NCBI GenBank assembly: GCA_002633005.1
Contig: NMRA01000575.1
Location: 167,489 to 231,488 of the forward strand
Length of the DNA stretch: 64,000 bases
DNA from: Phoronis australis
Lineage: Eukaryota > Animalia > Phoronida
Reading direction: 5' to 3'
Both the position numbers and the translations under genes were made by a program. Numbering within the stretch: the stretch's first letter is position 1; each line of letters opens with the position of its first letter. Of the stretch, positions 1-13,022 are shown one piece after another. The notes under the pieces are model-generated. The model saw only the letters and a program-made list of their open reading frames with translations, was not told the origin of the DNA and did no database searches.

Positions 1-226
1 ACATTGAAACAGTAGAGCTGTTTTTAATTTAATGCAGCCACCTTACACACACATAGATCATTTTAGTGGTTCCTAGGTATTGAGAACGAAGTGCAACTTT
101 TGTTGATTGAGAAAGGTGTGGTTTTTATAATGGCGAGAACTATATCCGGAAGTGAACTAACTAACTGTATACTTCGAGCAACAGTTTGCGCATCTTGATT
201 TTAAGCACGTCTGTCCCTGTTTTAAG

Positions 227-361
227 GACCAATACAAGTTCATCTATACCGCAATGGTAGAAAAGCTACACACGGGCGACACATTCATCCCAACAGCTGA
301 GTTTCAGTCTCGTCTGCAGGAAATCATGTCCAACAAAACAACTTTGAAGAAAGAGCTCAAA
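227..361 (+). CDS. Receptor-type PTP, exon a (end of D1 and D1-D2 linker)
   Basis: tttaag|GAC...AAA|gtgagt; 135 nt, phase 0; DQYKFIYTAMVEKLHTGDT matches the QYxFxY motif after the PTP Q-loop. Confidence 0.9.
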
Positions 362-572
362 GTGAGTATTTTCTGTATACTGCGGTCCGCGGCACGAAAT
401 TTGTGGCAAATGTTTATCTGCTACCTGTCAAACTGTCAACGAAATGTTACCAGAAAGTCCATCGGAGAGATTTTTATAAATGATAAATGCTTCCGTGGAA
501 TTCCTCTTCTTGTTCCCATATGCTAGTTGAACATTTACATATATGTAGGATATTAATGACAGTGTTAGTTAT

Positions 573-622
573 GTGTTGGTTGTTGTCGTCGTTGTCGTCG
601 TCGTCATTTGGTCGTCGTTGTT
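573..622. repeat. (GTT/GTC)n microsatellite, intronic
   Basis: gttggttgttgtcgtcgttgtcgtcgtcgtc... Confidence 0.7.
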
Positions 623-779
623 GGAGACATTGTTGTTCTGCTCGATGAAGTTGACATTCTTACCAGAGGTGGATCCAATCCTAACGGAAGTGATGCTTAG
701 CGCGTAGTACTTAGTAAAGTCAAGTATACTTAATGCATTACTTAGTTGTTGTAATTTCGGTCACTGGCTCTCGTCATAG

Positions 780-879
780 ACTCTAAATCGACTGTGCCTG
801 GCTGCAGACGCCGAGGAGTATGCCGCTGGGAAAATGAAAGAAAACTCTTCCAAGAATAGAGATCCAAACATTCTACCAC
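780..879 (+). CDS. Receptor-type PTP, exon b (D2 start, KNR motif)
   Basis: catag|ACT...CCAC|gtgagt; TLNRLCLAADAEEYAAGKMKENSSKNRDPNILP; ends in phase 1. Confidence 0.9.
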
Positions 880-1324
880 GTGAGTTTAAAATTTTTATAC
901 CTTTTTAGCTACAGCACGAGGAAATTTACCATCCTGAAGTGAAAACTGTGAAACTCAAAACTGATATTATTGACTAACAAATAGTTAACCCCACTTTATA
1001 CCTTTATATGTGAACATCGACCGTCAACCCCGTTTTATCCATTATTACCTTTAAAGGGTTACATGGCTAAGTTGTGCAAACTCTTGTTCTCACTTATAGT
1101 CTTACTTTCGCTCTGAATATGTTCATGGGGAAAATAAAATCGGTATTCCACCCTGAAACAGCCTTCAAGCTGTCATTATCTAGCGATGTTTCTAACTTTT
1201 TCCTTGGCTGAAGCCCAAACAATGCCATATTTGTATTACCCAATGTTTTGGTCAGTAATTGTGTGGAGCTTTTTGTTGTCAGCTAAGAATACTTTTTAAT
1301 ATGGCGTTCTGTACATTATTTCAG

Positions 1325-1401
1325 TTGGGCGATCTCGTCCTTACTTGATGACGGCGGCTGACGATGGAGGAAATGACTACATAAATGCAGTCTTCGTGAA
1401 C
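1325..1401 (+). CDS. Receptor-type PTP, exon c (DYINA motif)
   Basis: tttcag|TT...AAC|gtgagt; (L)GRSRPYLMTAADDGGNDYINAVFVN; phase fits exon b. Confidence 0.93.
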
Positions 1402-2083
1402 GTGAGTGAAACTAATGCTGCAGTCATTCTCCCGTCAAAAATCATAACGTGTCACAAAGGATCATTTCGGAACCGAGATTTTTCTATACTTTGTCAGTTA
1501 CATCCCACTAGCATGTCCAAAATTCCTTTTCACCAGAGCAAGGGCCATGATGAAGACACTTTGATACTTACACTAACAATGGTATTCATTTGTGTAGATA
1601 AATTGGATATAACTGCAAGTATTGCTTTTTTAATTTCACATGTTGGTTGCAGCTTCGTTTTTCTGATTTACTGTTCCTTCATACATGCGTGACAAGATCT
1701 ATCAATCGTAAGTTCAACACCTTCGAAGGTTTACGTATTCAGCAACTGACCGATCGTAGAAATAGACAGCAGTGAAACGCGTGTAGTCAACATAAATGTA
1801 TTGATCCCTTGTTCCCGCCTCTTTATTTAAAACTCAGTTGCTTTGTGTAATTGCCGTAGATGTTACCCTTGCCTTTGTCTCTATCAGATTTGAATTTATA
1901 CTCGACACGTGGTTATTCGTTCCTGCTTCAATATCACTTTAATGTCCTCCTTGATAATGAAAAACGCAAAATCGAAGATCTGGAATTAATACGTTTGTGT
2001 TGGCTTTTGTTGACTGCATTATACGATCCGACAGTTGCTCAGAGGCTTGATTTCGACAACTTGAACGCAACAAACGCAGTATT

Positions 2084-2405
2084 CATTTGCGTATATAAAA
2101 GGTTGGCGGGGGTTCAAGGAGGCCATGCCGCCCACCTAAAATTCTCCCAGATTCCATTTGGTATTTCGGGGTGAAAATTGGTGAATGACATATGCGCGCA
2201 CTTAGGGGAACTCGGGGGCGATTGCATATTGCATAGCCCTGAAGAAGCCCTGTTTAGCGTTTTTTTTTTAGTAATAAGGTCCACAAACCCAAAAGTTCAA
2301 GACCCCCTACATCCTTACGTTTTAGGCTGGGTGCGCGTATGTTGCGAAATTCAGGTTATTCCTGTGCCCTGCCCTCCTTAACTCAAAATCCTGGATCCGC
2401 ACATG
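2084..2405. mobile_element. MITE with CAxxGCGGATCC-type ends and a 5-bp TSD (hAT5-like)
   Basis: Right end cctggatccgcacatg, decayed left end catttgcgtatata; GTATT duplicated at 2079-2083 and 2406-2410. Confidence 0.55.
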
Positions 2406-2716
2406 GTATTGCAGGGCACGCAATGTGTTTACATATTTAAGCAAGTCCCCCATTCGACCACAGATGTTTGAGATGAACGTGACCAGCAGTATTTCTTGGT
2501 GATTTTGTTAGTTTGTTTGTCAATTGCCAATAGTTGGAAGTATTTCGCGTTCATAATTTGTCAAATATTTATTTTTATTTCAAACCTTGAGGTGAGTACC
2601 GTCGTGTTTTCGACAATTTCAACCGATTCGAGCTAGTGGGGCAAGGTTTCAGAAAAGCGTCTATCCATTGTTATCGCTTGGTCATATCGCTGTGTCATAG
2701 AACTGTACGCTTTCAG

Positions 2717-2851
2717 GGATATAATCAACGCGATGCATTCATCGTCACACAGAGTCCGTTACCCAACACCGTTGGTGATTTTTGGAGGATGGTTCATGAT
2801 CACGATTGCCATGTGATCGTCATGCTGAGTGATGCGAACCAAAATGATGAC
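2717..2851 (+). CDS. Receptor-type PTP, exon d (TQSP/DFWRM motifs)
   Basis: tttcag|GGA...GAC|gtaagt; [37 protein letters not shown]. Confidence 0.95.
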
Positions 2852-4608
2852 GTAAGTTTCCCGCGTGCTGTCGATTGAGTTTCGAAGGTTCCCTACAAGC
2901 CTAGCCAGCACGCAGGCACCAAGCAATGACACGCGCTTTAGCATTGGTTGATGTAACCTCAGCAGTAATTGGTTAGTCTTACAACACCGTGAAAAAATGG
3001 CGCACTGTGTACGATCTTGTTTAGTGGCGTCGCAGCAAGCATTTCGTCTCTGCAGTAGTGCTTAATAGCCGGCGTACTTGAAGCACATACATGTACAAGA
3101 AACGCATGTCTGGCCGATTTAACCGGTGTGTTAGTCACACTGTATGAATACAGGACAGTATCACAAACAAAAGTCGTCGACAATAGAAAATGCACTCCAA
3201 AAGGGCGCAACCACCATTTCTAGGTGTCACATTTCTTGAACATAAATTTTAAGCACCTATTTGCCTGTACAACAGACCACATTACACTTGCTCCATCAGT
3301 CAGGCCAGTTTGTTTGCTTAAAGCGCGCCTGCCTGTTGAGAATTCGACTAGCCAATCGGAAACACCGATGTACATGTTAACACATTTCTCGAGGAAAATT
3401 AAGTGGTATCTGCGTGCTGGCTACTGACCACCTAGAGGCAAGCAGGGAACCAGCAAGTCGATTGAGTGTGTTCGCCGTTGTCTCGTTATAAAGATTTCCG
3501 TTTGCTTAACACTGTACTGATTTTCCAAAACAATATTGCCAGGCACTTGACTTTCAATAGAGTGTGTAAATTAAAAAATCTCCATACTGTTATCTCTGTA
3601 AACTAAGGTCTGAAGTATCGTCACTACCCTGAGGTCGTTGGTGGAAAGGGCACAACTATGCTTAACTATGGAGCTTCTGAATGAATTCTTTTTTGTAGAA
3701 CCAAGGTATTTGATCTCCACACTTCAAATATACTGTGGGTATTCCTTACTGATAACCCTCTATCCCCAATACGGCTCCTCACCTTAATGTATTCATTTTC
3801 ATGTAGGCAGTAGAAAAAGGCTCAAATTTGACGAAGTTCAAAACATCTTGTCTCGGAAATGACCGATCGGATTCATATGTTTGATGCACTGACACATTTT
3901 TAGGAATTGTTTTTAAAACGTTGCACTCATGCATGTGCTGTCGTGATTTTGTGAACATAACAGTTGAAAAAAACGAAAATGAAATGATATTGTAAAAATT
4001 GTTGCAAATCGTCAGAGAGTTTGTTTGATAATATACATGTATATTAAATGAATTTTGGTCTGTTCTTGAACCTTTATTTTGTGCTCAATATTACTATAAG
4101 GACATGGTCACATGATCCCATTAGTGACATATTGGTCTCAAGTTAAAATTAAAGTCTACATGTACTGCTTTTCAACCAGGAAAACAACAACAAATGTGTC
4201 ACCTGGAGTAAATTTTGCATGTTAAAAACTGCAAAATTGAAGAATGTATACTGCAGTTTAAAATAACATGAAATCTAACTATCGCAGAGTTAAGTTTAGG
4301 CCTACTTAGGGCGTTGTTTGCCGACGATAGGGAGGGCAAATGTCAGGATAGAAGAAACACGAAATAGCACAAGCGTGAACGAAATCGCAAAACGTCTACT
4401 GCAAGGGGCACACTACATGTTTCTTAGTGTCAGAAAATATTTACTTAAACATAGCCAATTTCCTTAGTTTTGTAACTTATTAGGTGAGTGCACAAACTTG
4501 TCTCGAAGGTCCTTCATAACCTTAATTTACTATACTCGATCTCACTCTAAGCAAACTAAAGAGTCCCTGGATAGTATGACTCATGTTACTGGTAACCCAC
4601 TGTTTTAG

Positions 4609-4740
4609 ACTTGTCCTCAATACTGGCCGGATGAAGAGTCTGTGCGCTTTGGACGGTATGAAGTGGAATGCGTTGGGTCAAGATATCACCATGGCGACGT
4701 TATCAAGCAGCGAACTCTGGTTTTGACTGACACAAGGAGG
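4609..4740 (+). CDS. Receptor-type PTP, exon e (CxQYWP motif)
   Basis: ttttag|ACT...AGG|gtaatt; TCPQYWPDEESVRFGRYEVECVGSRYHHGDVIKQRTLVLTDTRR; not in the ORF track. Confidence 0.92.
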
Positions 4741-4988
4741 GTAATTGTATTGGTTATTTTACATTGTTCATGTTGTCTTGATCAATCTGCGATCGCAATG
4801 GTATCCTACATGTACATTTGATTTTAGACGTGTGCAGCATTTCTCGTTTTTGCGTCAACCACAGTGTACACAAATATTATGCGCTGTTGAAGCAATGAAT
4901 GTATTTTCACAACTGGATCACCATGAACAGTAGATCTTATGTTTGTGATAATGAAGAATACGTATGCCGTCTTGCTTATTTCTTGCAG

Positions 4989-5152
4989 CCGAACAGCAAA
5001 GGTCGGGAAATCACACATTTCCAAGTAAGAGACTGGCCAAACAAACTGGCTGTGCCACCAGCGAACTTACAAATTGCGCTTATTGAACTTATTGAAATTG
5101 TGGAGCTGGCGCAGCAACAAACTGGGAAGAACGCAGCTGTAATACATTGTTT
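4989..5152 (+). CDS. Receptor-type PTP, exon f (WP loop to VIHC)
   Basis: ttgcag|CCG...TT|gtgagt; PNSKGREITHFQVRDWPNK...AAVIHC; ends in phase 2. Confidence 0.93.
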
Positions 5153-5759
5153 GTGAGTGCATATAGCAAGTTTTATGTTCATAAACGAATCATGTTAAAT
5201 GTAAGAATGCCTGCACTTGAATGACTGGGGGAAGACAATCAAGTACAGCTATTGTATTAATGTCTCGTCTGTCGCTTTACCAATAGCAAAACTATAGCAG
5301 CCCCGTAGAAACTCACCCTACAGTGCCATCGGAGTTTCCACTATTGCTACAGGTTAGGCTAAACGTCATAGGACCTAGATGCTTCGCACCCTCTACTGAA
5401 TTCCTGTGTTGCATGTCGCTACCCTTGAAGACTTTTCCCATCGGAATGGAATTCACCTCTTTGCTTTAGATTCCACTTATTTTGAAAGAAGTTTTAAGGT
5501 GGCTGTTTAAAGGAGAAGGTAACCTTTGTTCATGTCATTTTTAGTAAAATTACGGTTTGTTGACTTAAACATGTTTTTTCAGTTAATTATGACGAACCGT
5601 ATTTCTATTAATTAGTCGTGCCCTACTCTGGAAGTGACGTTTAGGGGGTTAAAAATGTATCGCCATTGTGTTTTCGTGTGAGCTTTGGAGTCACTCATTG
5701 TTTTACCTCGACTGTGATAGGTTCGGACAGCGTTTGGTTTTGTTTACGAGGTAGTCGAC

Positions 5760-6467
5760 ATGCCACAATGTTGCTGCGTGTCGTGGTGTACTCATTATCG
5801 TCTCACTCGCACTCTGAGTATGTCATTATATTATAACGCTTTCTGAAAGATGACAAGATCCGCCGTACATGGCTCGTTCGTGTGAGGAACGCAACGTTAC
5901 CCGCCCAGGCAACGTACAAAGCAGTGGAGAATTAACGAGTGCGTGGCAAGCGTTTTCTGCAGAGGGGTTACTAAGGAGATATGTACCTGGAATTAATTAA
6001 GGTTATTGCAGAATAACGCCTGAACAAGGGTGCCATACCGTCAATGTTTAATCGCAGTAGTGCCTCCTCCGAGAAGTGTATTTTTGAAGAGAGAAGCCTC
6101 ACGAGATGTGGCCTTCACAGTTACCGGAAGCCCTTCATCTACTGTCACCCGTCCCTCAGAAGGTACCCCCCAGTGCGTGCAATTCCGGGAAACTGGCAGT
6201 GATTCGCCGTGTTCTGGTGTTGTCTCCAGTCCAGAGGCTGTAAGCAGCCTTGTAGCGACTTTTAGTAGTTGGAGTGAATACAGGCCCAGCTCGACACCAA
6301 TTGAGGAGGACAGATCGTCGTCCAGTGAAGAGGCCGGTGAACTAAACTTTGCGAAGTTTATTGTTGACTTGACTAATGTATTAGACCTATTTAGAAGCTG
6401 CCAGGTGTGTGGTGAGGGAGTCTCACGGCGGGATGTAAGCGGTTTGGGTGCCCAGGTCACCATTCAG
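5760..6467 (+). pseudogene. THAP and N-terminal Kolobok transposase remnant
   Basis: MPQCCCVSWC..., FIVDLTNVLDLFRSCQVCG; stops and frameshifts; homologous to 52027-52740. Confidence 0.8.
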
Positions 6468-6489
6468 TAGAAACAACGTAGGCATTTAA

Positions 6490-9400
6490 GAGTGACTCCA
6501 TATAAAAACCAACAGGTAGAGTCTATACCCAAAATCAGCGATTTTTTTGAAACTTAGCACATGAGTTTGGTTTGTTGAAATGTAGAAAAACCTCATTTTC
6601 TAAGAATTTTATTCATTATTTTTCTTTTTATGACCTGTACCTCCATTTTGCAACAAAATTGGGCGTCCAAGTAGATGTGTTTGAATGCATTTCACTAGCA
6701 TGTGTGGTAAGGTCAAAACAAATGAATAATACGAATTTAAAGGGTGGTTGCTGAATAATTTAATGGTATAACTTTTAAAATCCATTTTTAGATTTGTACG
6801 TTTTCAATTTGTGAGGCAAAAATGGCTATTTTTCAGGTTTTCACCGAAGCCATTTTCGGCCAAATTTGGTACTCTGTAGCAGCCATAACGCACCTTTCCT
6901 GAAATTGACTTTATAATAATTTGTTTATTCATACCTAACCTGTTTATAATCTAAAATAAAAAAATCTTGCCTCTAATGTAGTTTTTGCGTACGAAGCATT
7001 ACACGAACTGCACTTCGTCCTTTTGCATGTTCTCAGTTGCCTCTGCTGCCACTAGGGGGCTCTTGGAATATATAATTAACTTGCGAAACACGACATAAAC
7101 ACCTTGTATTTTGGAGAAAAGGCAGACAGCATTATCAATTACCATTCTCTGAAAACGGCATTGATAATTATTGCTTATTACAAAAATATGTAACGTAAAT
7201 CAACTGGCATGCGTGGTTCAAAATGATAGATGGCGCTGCTTTTGTTTACGTGGAGACTGAAGACGCATCTAGAATAAGAGCAGTAACACGAGGACCTTGC
7301 AATAATTCAAGACTTTGCGAGATATTGCCCTGCATTTTAAATGAGAACACGTGGTTTTGAATAAATTTTAGAGAGGTTCTAGAGTTACTGAACTCACCCC
7401 TGCCTTGTTTTCTATATGGCCCCCTAGTGTTCAGTGTAAAAAATCACCCAACTTGTCAATAGTCTTTGTAACTTTGGGTTCATATTGTAATTTCCCTGCT
7501 GGTTGCTACAAATTTTAGTCGCCACCAGTCGCCAGAAATCTGGTGTTCCCCCCACACCCGGGCACCCTAACGCTGAATATTTCTGCCAATGTGATCATCA
7601 GTGGTATAAAAAGGTACACATTCACGGTCAATAGAAAATATTTCACGAGAGACAATTTTATTAATGGTTCATTCATGACAGACATGAAGTAAACAGAAGT
7701 AACGGTCTCGACTTCATATAACACACATCTTTGACTGGTATGCTAAAAAACTAGGCTAAACGTTGAGCTCATTTACATGTAGCACTTCATTCAGTAAATC
7801 TGACGACATAACAGCATCTTCAGCAGAAATAGCATCGTCATAAACATTGCTTCAGACAACCTCGAAAAATTCCACCAACCTGCGATTCACTTAATATCGC
7901 AGGTAAACACTTTCCCAGTGGGTTCTCGTAAAGTTTTCTCCATTTTGGCACTTCCGAGAGTGAACGATTTACCTGACATACATGTATCTCCTTCATCGAA
8001 TATATTCGTCAGAAAGTTCTTAACCTTTGCTGAAAATCTTGTTGACCTTTTACCTTTTTTTCAATGCCTTACCTATTGCTTCAGCATTCGTCTCATCCAA
8101 ATAGTACTCTGAGGCTGCCTCAAATGACGCTCCGGTTCTTGCATCTGAAAGCATTTCTGACCACTGTCGTGCGATGTGGTCATACGTGGTTTCCCTTTGT
8201 AAATGTTCAGTGTGGTTACCCACATCCAAATGCCTAGTTCTGCGTCTGTAGCAAAAACTTTCGAGTAACCTTACTGGGTACAAGGGAACTTTTGTTGAGG
8301 CTCTTCACTAGATACATTGCCAACCTTAACTCTTGGTGCTGAAAATCCACCATGTCTAGAGATGTTAGTGTATTTTAGAGAAATAGGTATCCCATTTTCT
8401 CAGTATTTGTAAGAACTTACCTTCACCTATATGTACATGGAATGATTTCCACACGCGAATTCCTTGGGTGGAATTGTGGGAATTTGGGAATGTGCTTATA
8501 CCAGGAGCTGAGTATTTTGGAAAAGACTTTGTTGCATTGACTCAACATGCATACACAAAACATCCCTTCACACGGCCACTGGAAAGTAATGCTTCTTTCA
8601 AATCCAGAGAGTTTATGATATTGCTACCTTCGGATACAAAATACTTTGCATGTTGTTTGAGTGGAGCGATCTTGCGATCACAGAGATCCTTCCCATTCTG
8701 ACTTTCACTATATCTCGAAACAGAATTGCCGGTCGAATTTTACAAGGCTGCTACGTTCATGAGGAGAGGAGCAGAGTGGTAACATCCAGCATTACCTGAC
8801 TCTTCCATGACTGGTCCTGTTCAGTCAAAAATTCACCGACTCTGGGTAGTATGAGTCTGTACTCTGGCACAGGCCTTGCTTTGTGAGGTAGTTTCCTGTA
8901 TCTCAAATGTTCAGTGGTGTCTTTGACATAACTCACTAAAGCACATAGCTTTTGTGATCGGATTTTTTGCAGACTAAACTCTAAAGGAACATGAAGGCCC
9001 ATCGATATCGTCCGCCATTTTGTCTTTTTAAAATGCACTTGTTTCTCTCAAAACCAGTCATTACAAATATCAATTCTGACTCGTTTAATCTTAAAGGCAT
9101 TTATTTCCGTTTAAAAGTTCTACAGAGTGTTTAAATTAACCTGATAATGTAAAAGAAATGAAAGAATACAAGAGGGTTACACGTACATTTTTATATATAC
9201 TCAAGCTTAACCTCAGCTGACTCCCTCAGTGGGCAAAGGTCATCTGGTTCAGTTTTGATACTAGTCGCGTAATAAACCCGGAAAACATTTTGTTTTCATT
9301 TGAAAGAGTTGAGAGTTGGTTTCTATAACTATTTAAAGCAGACTTCTTGCCTTAAAGTTTGTTCAAATGGTCTGTAAACTCTTCTCGTCATTTCCAAACT

Positions 9401-9940
9401 ATGAAAATAGACAGTTTTGCAAGACAATTTTCACTAAAGTGCAAAGTTGAGGCAAGATTTTTTAATGCTCAGTCATCAAGACTAACTCTTTAACTGTATG
9501 TTCAAAACGTCACATAAGGCTACAAGGTGTTTTATGGCAGTAAGAAGGTCACAAACATGGCCACTAAAATTAGCCTTAAAAAGTGGTCAGTGGATTATCT
9601 CCCCAGTCTAGCACAAAACCGTCGGATTTTAATAAATGGCATAGAATTATGCACAGTATACGTTGGTTATATTAGCGACCAAAATATAGCTTTTGATCTA
9701 TTTTGTATGTTACTCATATTTGTTGCTGAAAATATGCAATTTTTGAGACGGCTGCTATGCTCAATTGTACTAATTTGTGTTATCATGCTCCAGCGGCGAA
9801 ATTAGGGGTCATTGAGTGCACAAAATTTGGCAATTGGGTTTATGTTAGAATACCCACCCATGTAAAAGAATGAAGTTGTTTTAAATTTTGACGTATAGAC
9901 TGATTTTTGAAAATCTACTGGTTTTTATATGGACTGTCTC
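6490..9940 (-). mobile_element. Sola3-like DNA transposon nested in Kolobok A
   Basis: TTAA|GAG...CTC|TTAA; both ends share TCCATATAAAAACCA; the flanks rejoin into the KolX cysteine motif. Confidence 0.75.
7780..9030 (-). pseudogene. Degenerate Sola3-type transposase
   Basis: Minus-strand blocks EYRLILPRVGEF, SQNGKDLCDRKIAPLK, GIRVWKS...IGEG|gtaag, HLDVGNH..LQRETTYD, GKALK and FSRL, in the order I recall for Sola3 transposases. Confidence 0.6.
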
Positions 9941-10526
9941 TTAAGTGAGGTCGGCATAACAGTGCACACAGTGCAGTTACACCAAGACGTCCCACCACGT
10001 TTGTCCTCTCTATGTGTTTCATCCCTCTCAACAACAGCCTTGTGCGTATTCGGCTTTACTATACTCGGGCTCAAACATATATCCATCCACTCACTTTGTG
10101 AAAAAATTCCTCATCACCACTGCTATGAACAATGTCTCCGTCACTCACGTCACTGTGTCAGTAATATGAGTCGTCGATTCCAGTCATTTTCAAGCTACTA
10201 AATACTAAACGATCCCTAAGTCCAACGTAACTGAGTCCTCTAACGACATGGCTTGTCTTAGAATACATGTACTCGTTGATGGAAAGGTGTGACAACAATT
10301 TTAGGAAAGCAGTTCGGAAATAACAGTAGAACAGATACTCACAGTAAATTCAAATGTAGGAGCAAAATGGCGGGAAAATTCATAACCACTGAACGTCACT
10401 TCCGGAGTAAGGCACGACTAATTAATAAAATTATCGGAAGCCGTAATAAATTGAGAATTTTGTCTGGGATGATCAACGAACCGTATTGTTACTAAAATGA
10501 CATGGAAAGTTTGCCTTCTCCTTTAA

Positions 10527-12147
10527 GGTTATCTCAAACCTTATTCACAAAAAATGACCATCTTTACAATATTTCACATGTGTCTAGAAACATACCTTAT
10601 CTTCATTCTCGGGGAGCTAGAAAAACAAAAGATTTAACAGAACCACCTGGGAACCCCACAACCGCGTGGATATTTGTTTACTACTTATCAGAGGTCAATG
10701 GTTAAGGGCTTTCAATCAAATTGAATCTCCCGCCAGGTACAGAACAGCTTCGTATACCCTCAGTCTTTTCATTCAAGAAATGGCCATAACATTGAGTCAA
10801 CGAGGTGTACTTAAGGTAGAATGGTGCCGGGGAAAACAAAAAAACAAAATGTAGTTTGATCCTAAGGGTGTTGTGCGTCTACATGCATACGACCGTTGGC
10901 GTTGAGAACGAACGCTACTGTCGCCCCAGGCCTCTGTGGTCATGAACACTGCAAGTTGTGAAAAGAGACAAATCCTCACCCTAATTCCCTCATTCAATTA
11001 ATAAATTGACAATTCAATGTTTCCATCTCATGCTAACGACATGCTTTAACCACGGATTTGATTTTTGCTATTCATTTCTTTACGGTTTCGTATCAGTCAC
11101 GTGTACAGGCTAAGTGTATAACCAGTGAGCTATATACATAGAGGTGACATGACTATACTCGCAAGCTCTCCGGCGCACCAATACATCACTGCATTCCCAA
11201 AGTTTTTAGTATGGGTCTAAAATTTTCTTGACCCGACGCCACTTGATTTATTTTATAAAACATTTGAGGTATGCGTGCATGTAAAGTCGTGTCATTGATC
11301 AATGGAATCGTACATGTTTGAGTACATGTGCATATTCGGGATTGAGGGCATACATTGTAGGCCGGTTTGAATAAAAGATGGGGGCAAAATTTTGCAAAAC
11401 GATAGAGTTATGGAAACTGAAATGTTAACATTAAGTACTTCAATAATAAAAGAAGAAGGCACGACACCAGATCCACCCTTTAGGCCTACTGGTTGGTAAG
11501 ACAAGCACATATACATCGGATAGCCGCGTGTGCCTGTGAACACCACAGTGACTGCTTGGGCGGCCGAAGCCGAGGTCGAAGTATGCATTTGCCCAGACCC
11601 AATTTCCCGAAAGGTGATTGAAAATGTCCACTTCAGGTTATACCAAGGAATAATAATTATGTTACAATGCAGATGTTTTTCAGAAACTAAAACGCATGTA
11701 AGGCGTGCTGAGGTGTCTCAAGGAAAATTACTTGAGATTTTCACTTGTCCAAGTTTAATCGGTATTTTTCTCGGCTTCGGCAAATCGATTTTATTTGAAC
11801 TTAGGAACACAAGTTCTCGAAAACTGCCCGGTGGATTTCGCTGATATTTTGACTTCCGTTTTTTACAAAGATACCTTACGTTTTACGAGTTGATTTGTCA
11901 TAGAAAACATTTGAAAAAAGTTTCATCGAAAGCGACCGAGGGGTTATTTTGCTATGAATGTACCTTTCTTAGAAATAAAATGTTGAGTTAAAAACGTAAA
12001 AATAATAATGGTACACTAATACAAAATGTATTTTCATATAACCTAATACTTTTCTTTCAGAAAATGTATACTTGTACTACTTTACAAAGCTTAGTTTTTG
12101 ATATACGATTTAGAATAGAGGCCACTAAATAAGGTTCTGCAATAACC
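10527..12147. mobile_element. Non-autonomous TTAA element F (Kolobok-like RR ends)
   Basis: TTAA|GGTTATCTCAAACCTTATT ... AATAAGGTTCTGCAATAACC|TTAA; shares its left TTAA with Kolobok A. Confidence 0.7.
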
Positions 12148-12404
12148 TTAAGGACGGTAGCTTAAAAGCCACTCATCGAATATCCGCAAAACGTAGAGTT
12201 GCGCCATCAATGGCAAAGCGAAATTGGGGGCATGAGGGAACATGCGTGATTCGTATAATGCATGGATGTGAGTATACTTTCCAAATATTCAAAAATTAGG
12301 AACTGAAATGGAGTAAGTGGCTGTAAAATGAATAATAACATAATACAATCAAGATGCCGAAAAGTAGTATTCTTGTCAATTCTACAGTAAATGGTCCATT
12401 TCAG

Positions 12405-12540
12405 GGACGGTTGTACTCGTTGCGGATACTTTTGTACTCTTGCGAACCTGTTCGAAAAGATCAAAGTTGATCAGGGTGTCGACGTATTCCAGACTGTGAA
12501 AAACATTAGAGCCACTAGATTCCAGTTTATTACCAATGTG
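12405..12540 (+). CDS. Receptor-type PTP, exon g (P-loop)
   Basis: tttcag|G GAC GGT TGT ACT CGT TGC GGA...GTG|gtaagt; joined to exon f gives HCLDGCTRCG, then VDVFQTVKNIR. Confidence 0.93.
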
Positions 12541-12947
12541 GTAAGTTTCAGCGAGTAACGATTGTGATAATTGGTCTTTGCTCAACGACTGCCGCAAGAT
12601 TTAGCTGCAATTGTCTTCGTGTCCTTTAATTATTCCTGTGTTTCATTGACAACATCTATTGTCTTTCTACTGGCCTCAGTGCAGCGTGGCACGTTTTTGA
12701 TTTTTCATCTTACAGTTTTCAAGGATCTTGCTTTGATGTTGCTTGGTCTTGGCCCGTGACAATCGAAATGATTTTATCTTTCAGGGAAAAGCTGATGTGG
12801 TTCTTTTTCGAATCAGGATATCGTAGTTTGATTGAGATTCGGGCTGACAAGCGTAAAGTTTCTGGGCTACGTGCACTTAGTAATTGTTTTCCTCCATTTT
12901 CCTGGTGTCCACACTGCCTTTTCATCCTGTGTATTTTGTCTTTTCAG

Positions 12948-13022
12948 GCTCAGTACAACTCTTTGTACAGTATGGCTGAGCAGTTCATCCAGTCGTTTGA
13001 CACGTACGCCAACTTCTCCTAG
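12948..13022 (+). CDS. Receptor-type PTP, terminal coding exon
   Basis: ttttcag|AQYNSLYSMAEQFIQSFDTYANFS*; C-terminus resembles the RPTPalpha/epsilon YANF ending; subfamily not certain. Confidence 0.9.
   Translation, partial: AQYNSLYSMAEQFIQSFDTYANFS

Larger units (their letters stand above)
5511..10522 (+). mobile_element. Kolobok element, copy A (internally deleted, in the PTP intron)
   Basis: TTAA|AGGAGAAGG...CCTTCTCCT|TTAA; imperfect TIRs of about 130 bp; THAP remnant from 5760 (+); KolX remnant 9945-10187 (-); collinear with copy B. Confidence 0.85.

Noticed and set aside
6041-6463. 140-aa minus-strand ORF
   Set aside because: It is the antisense shadow of the Kolobok transposase remnant.
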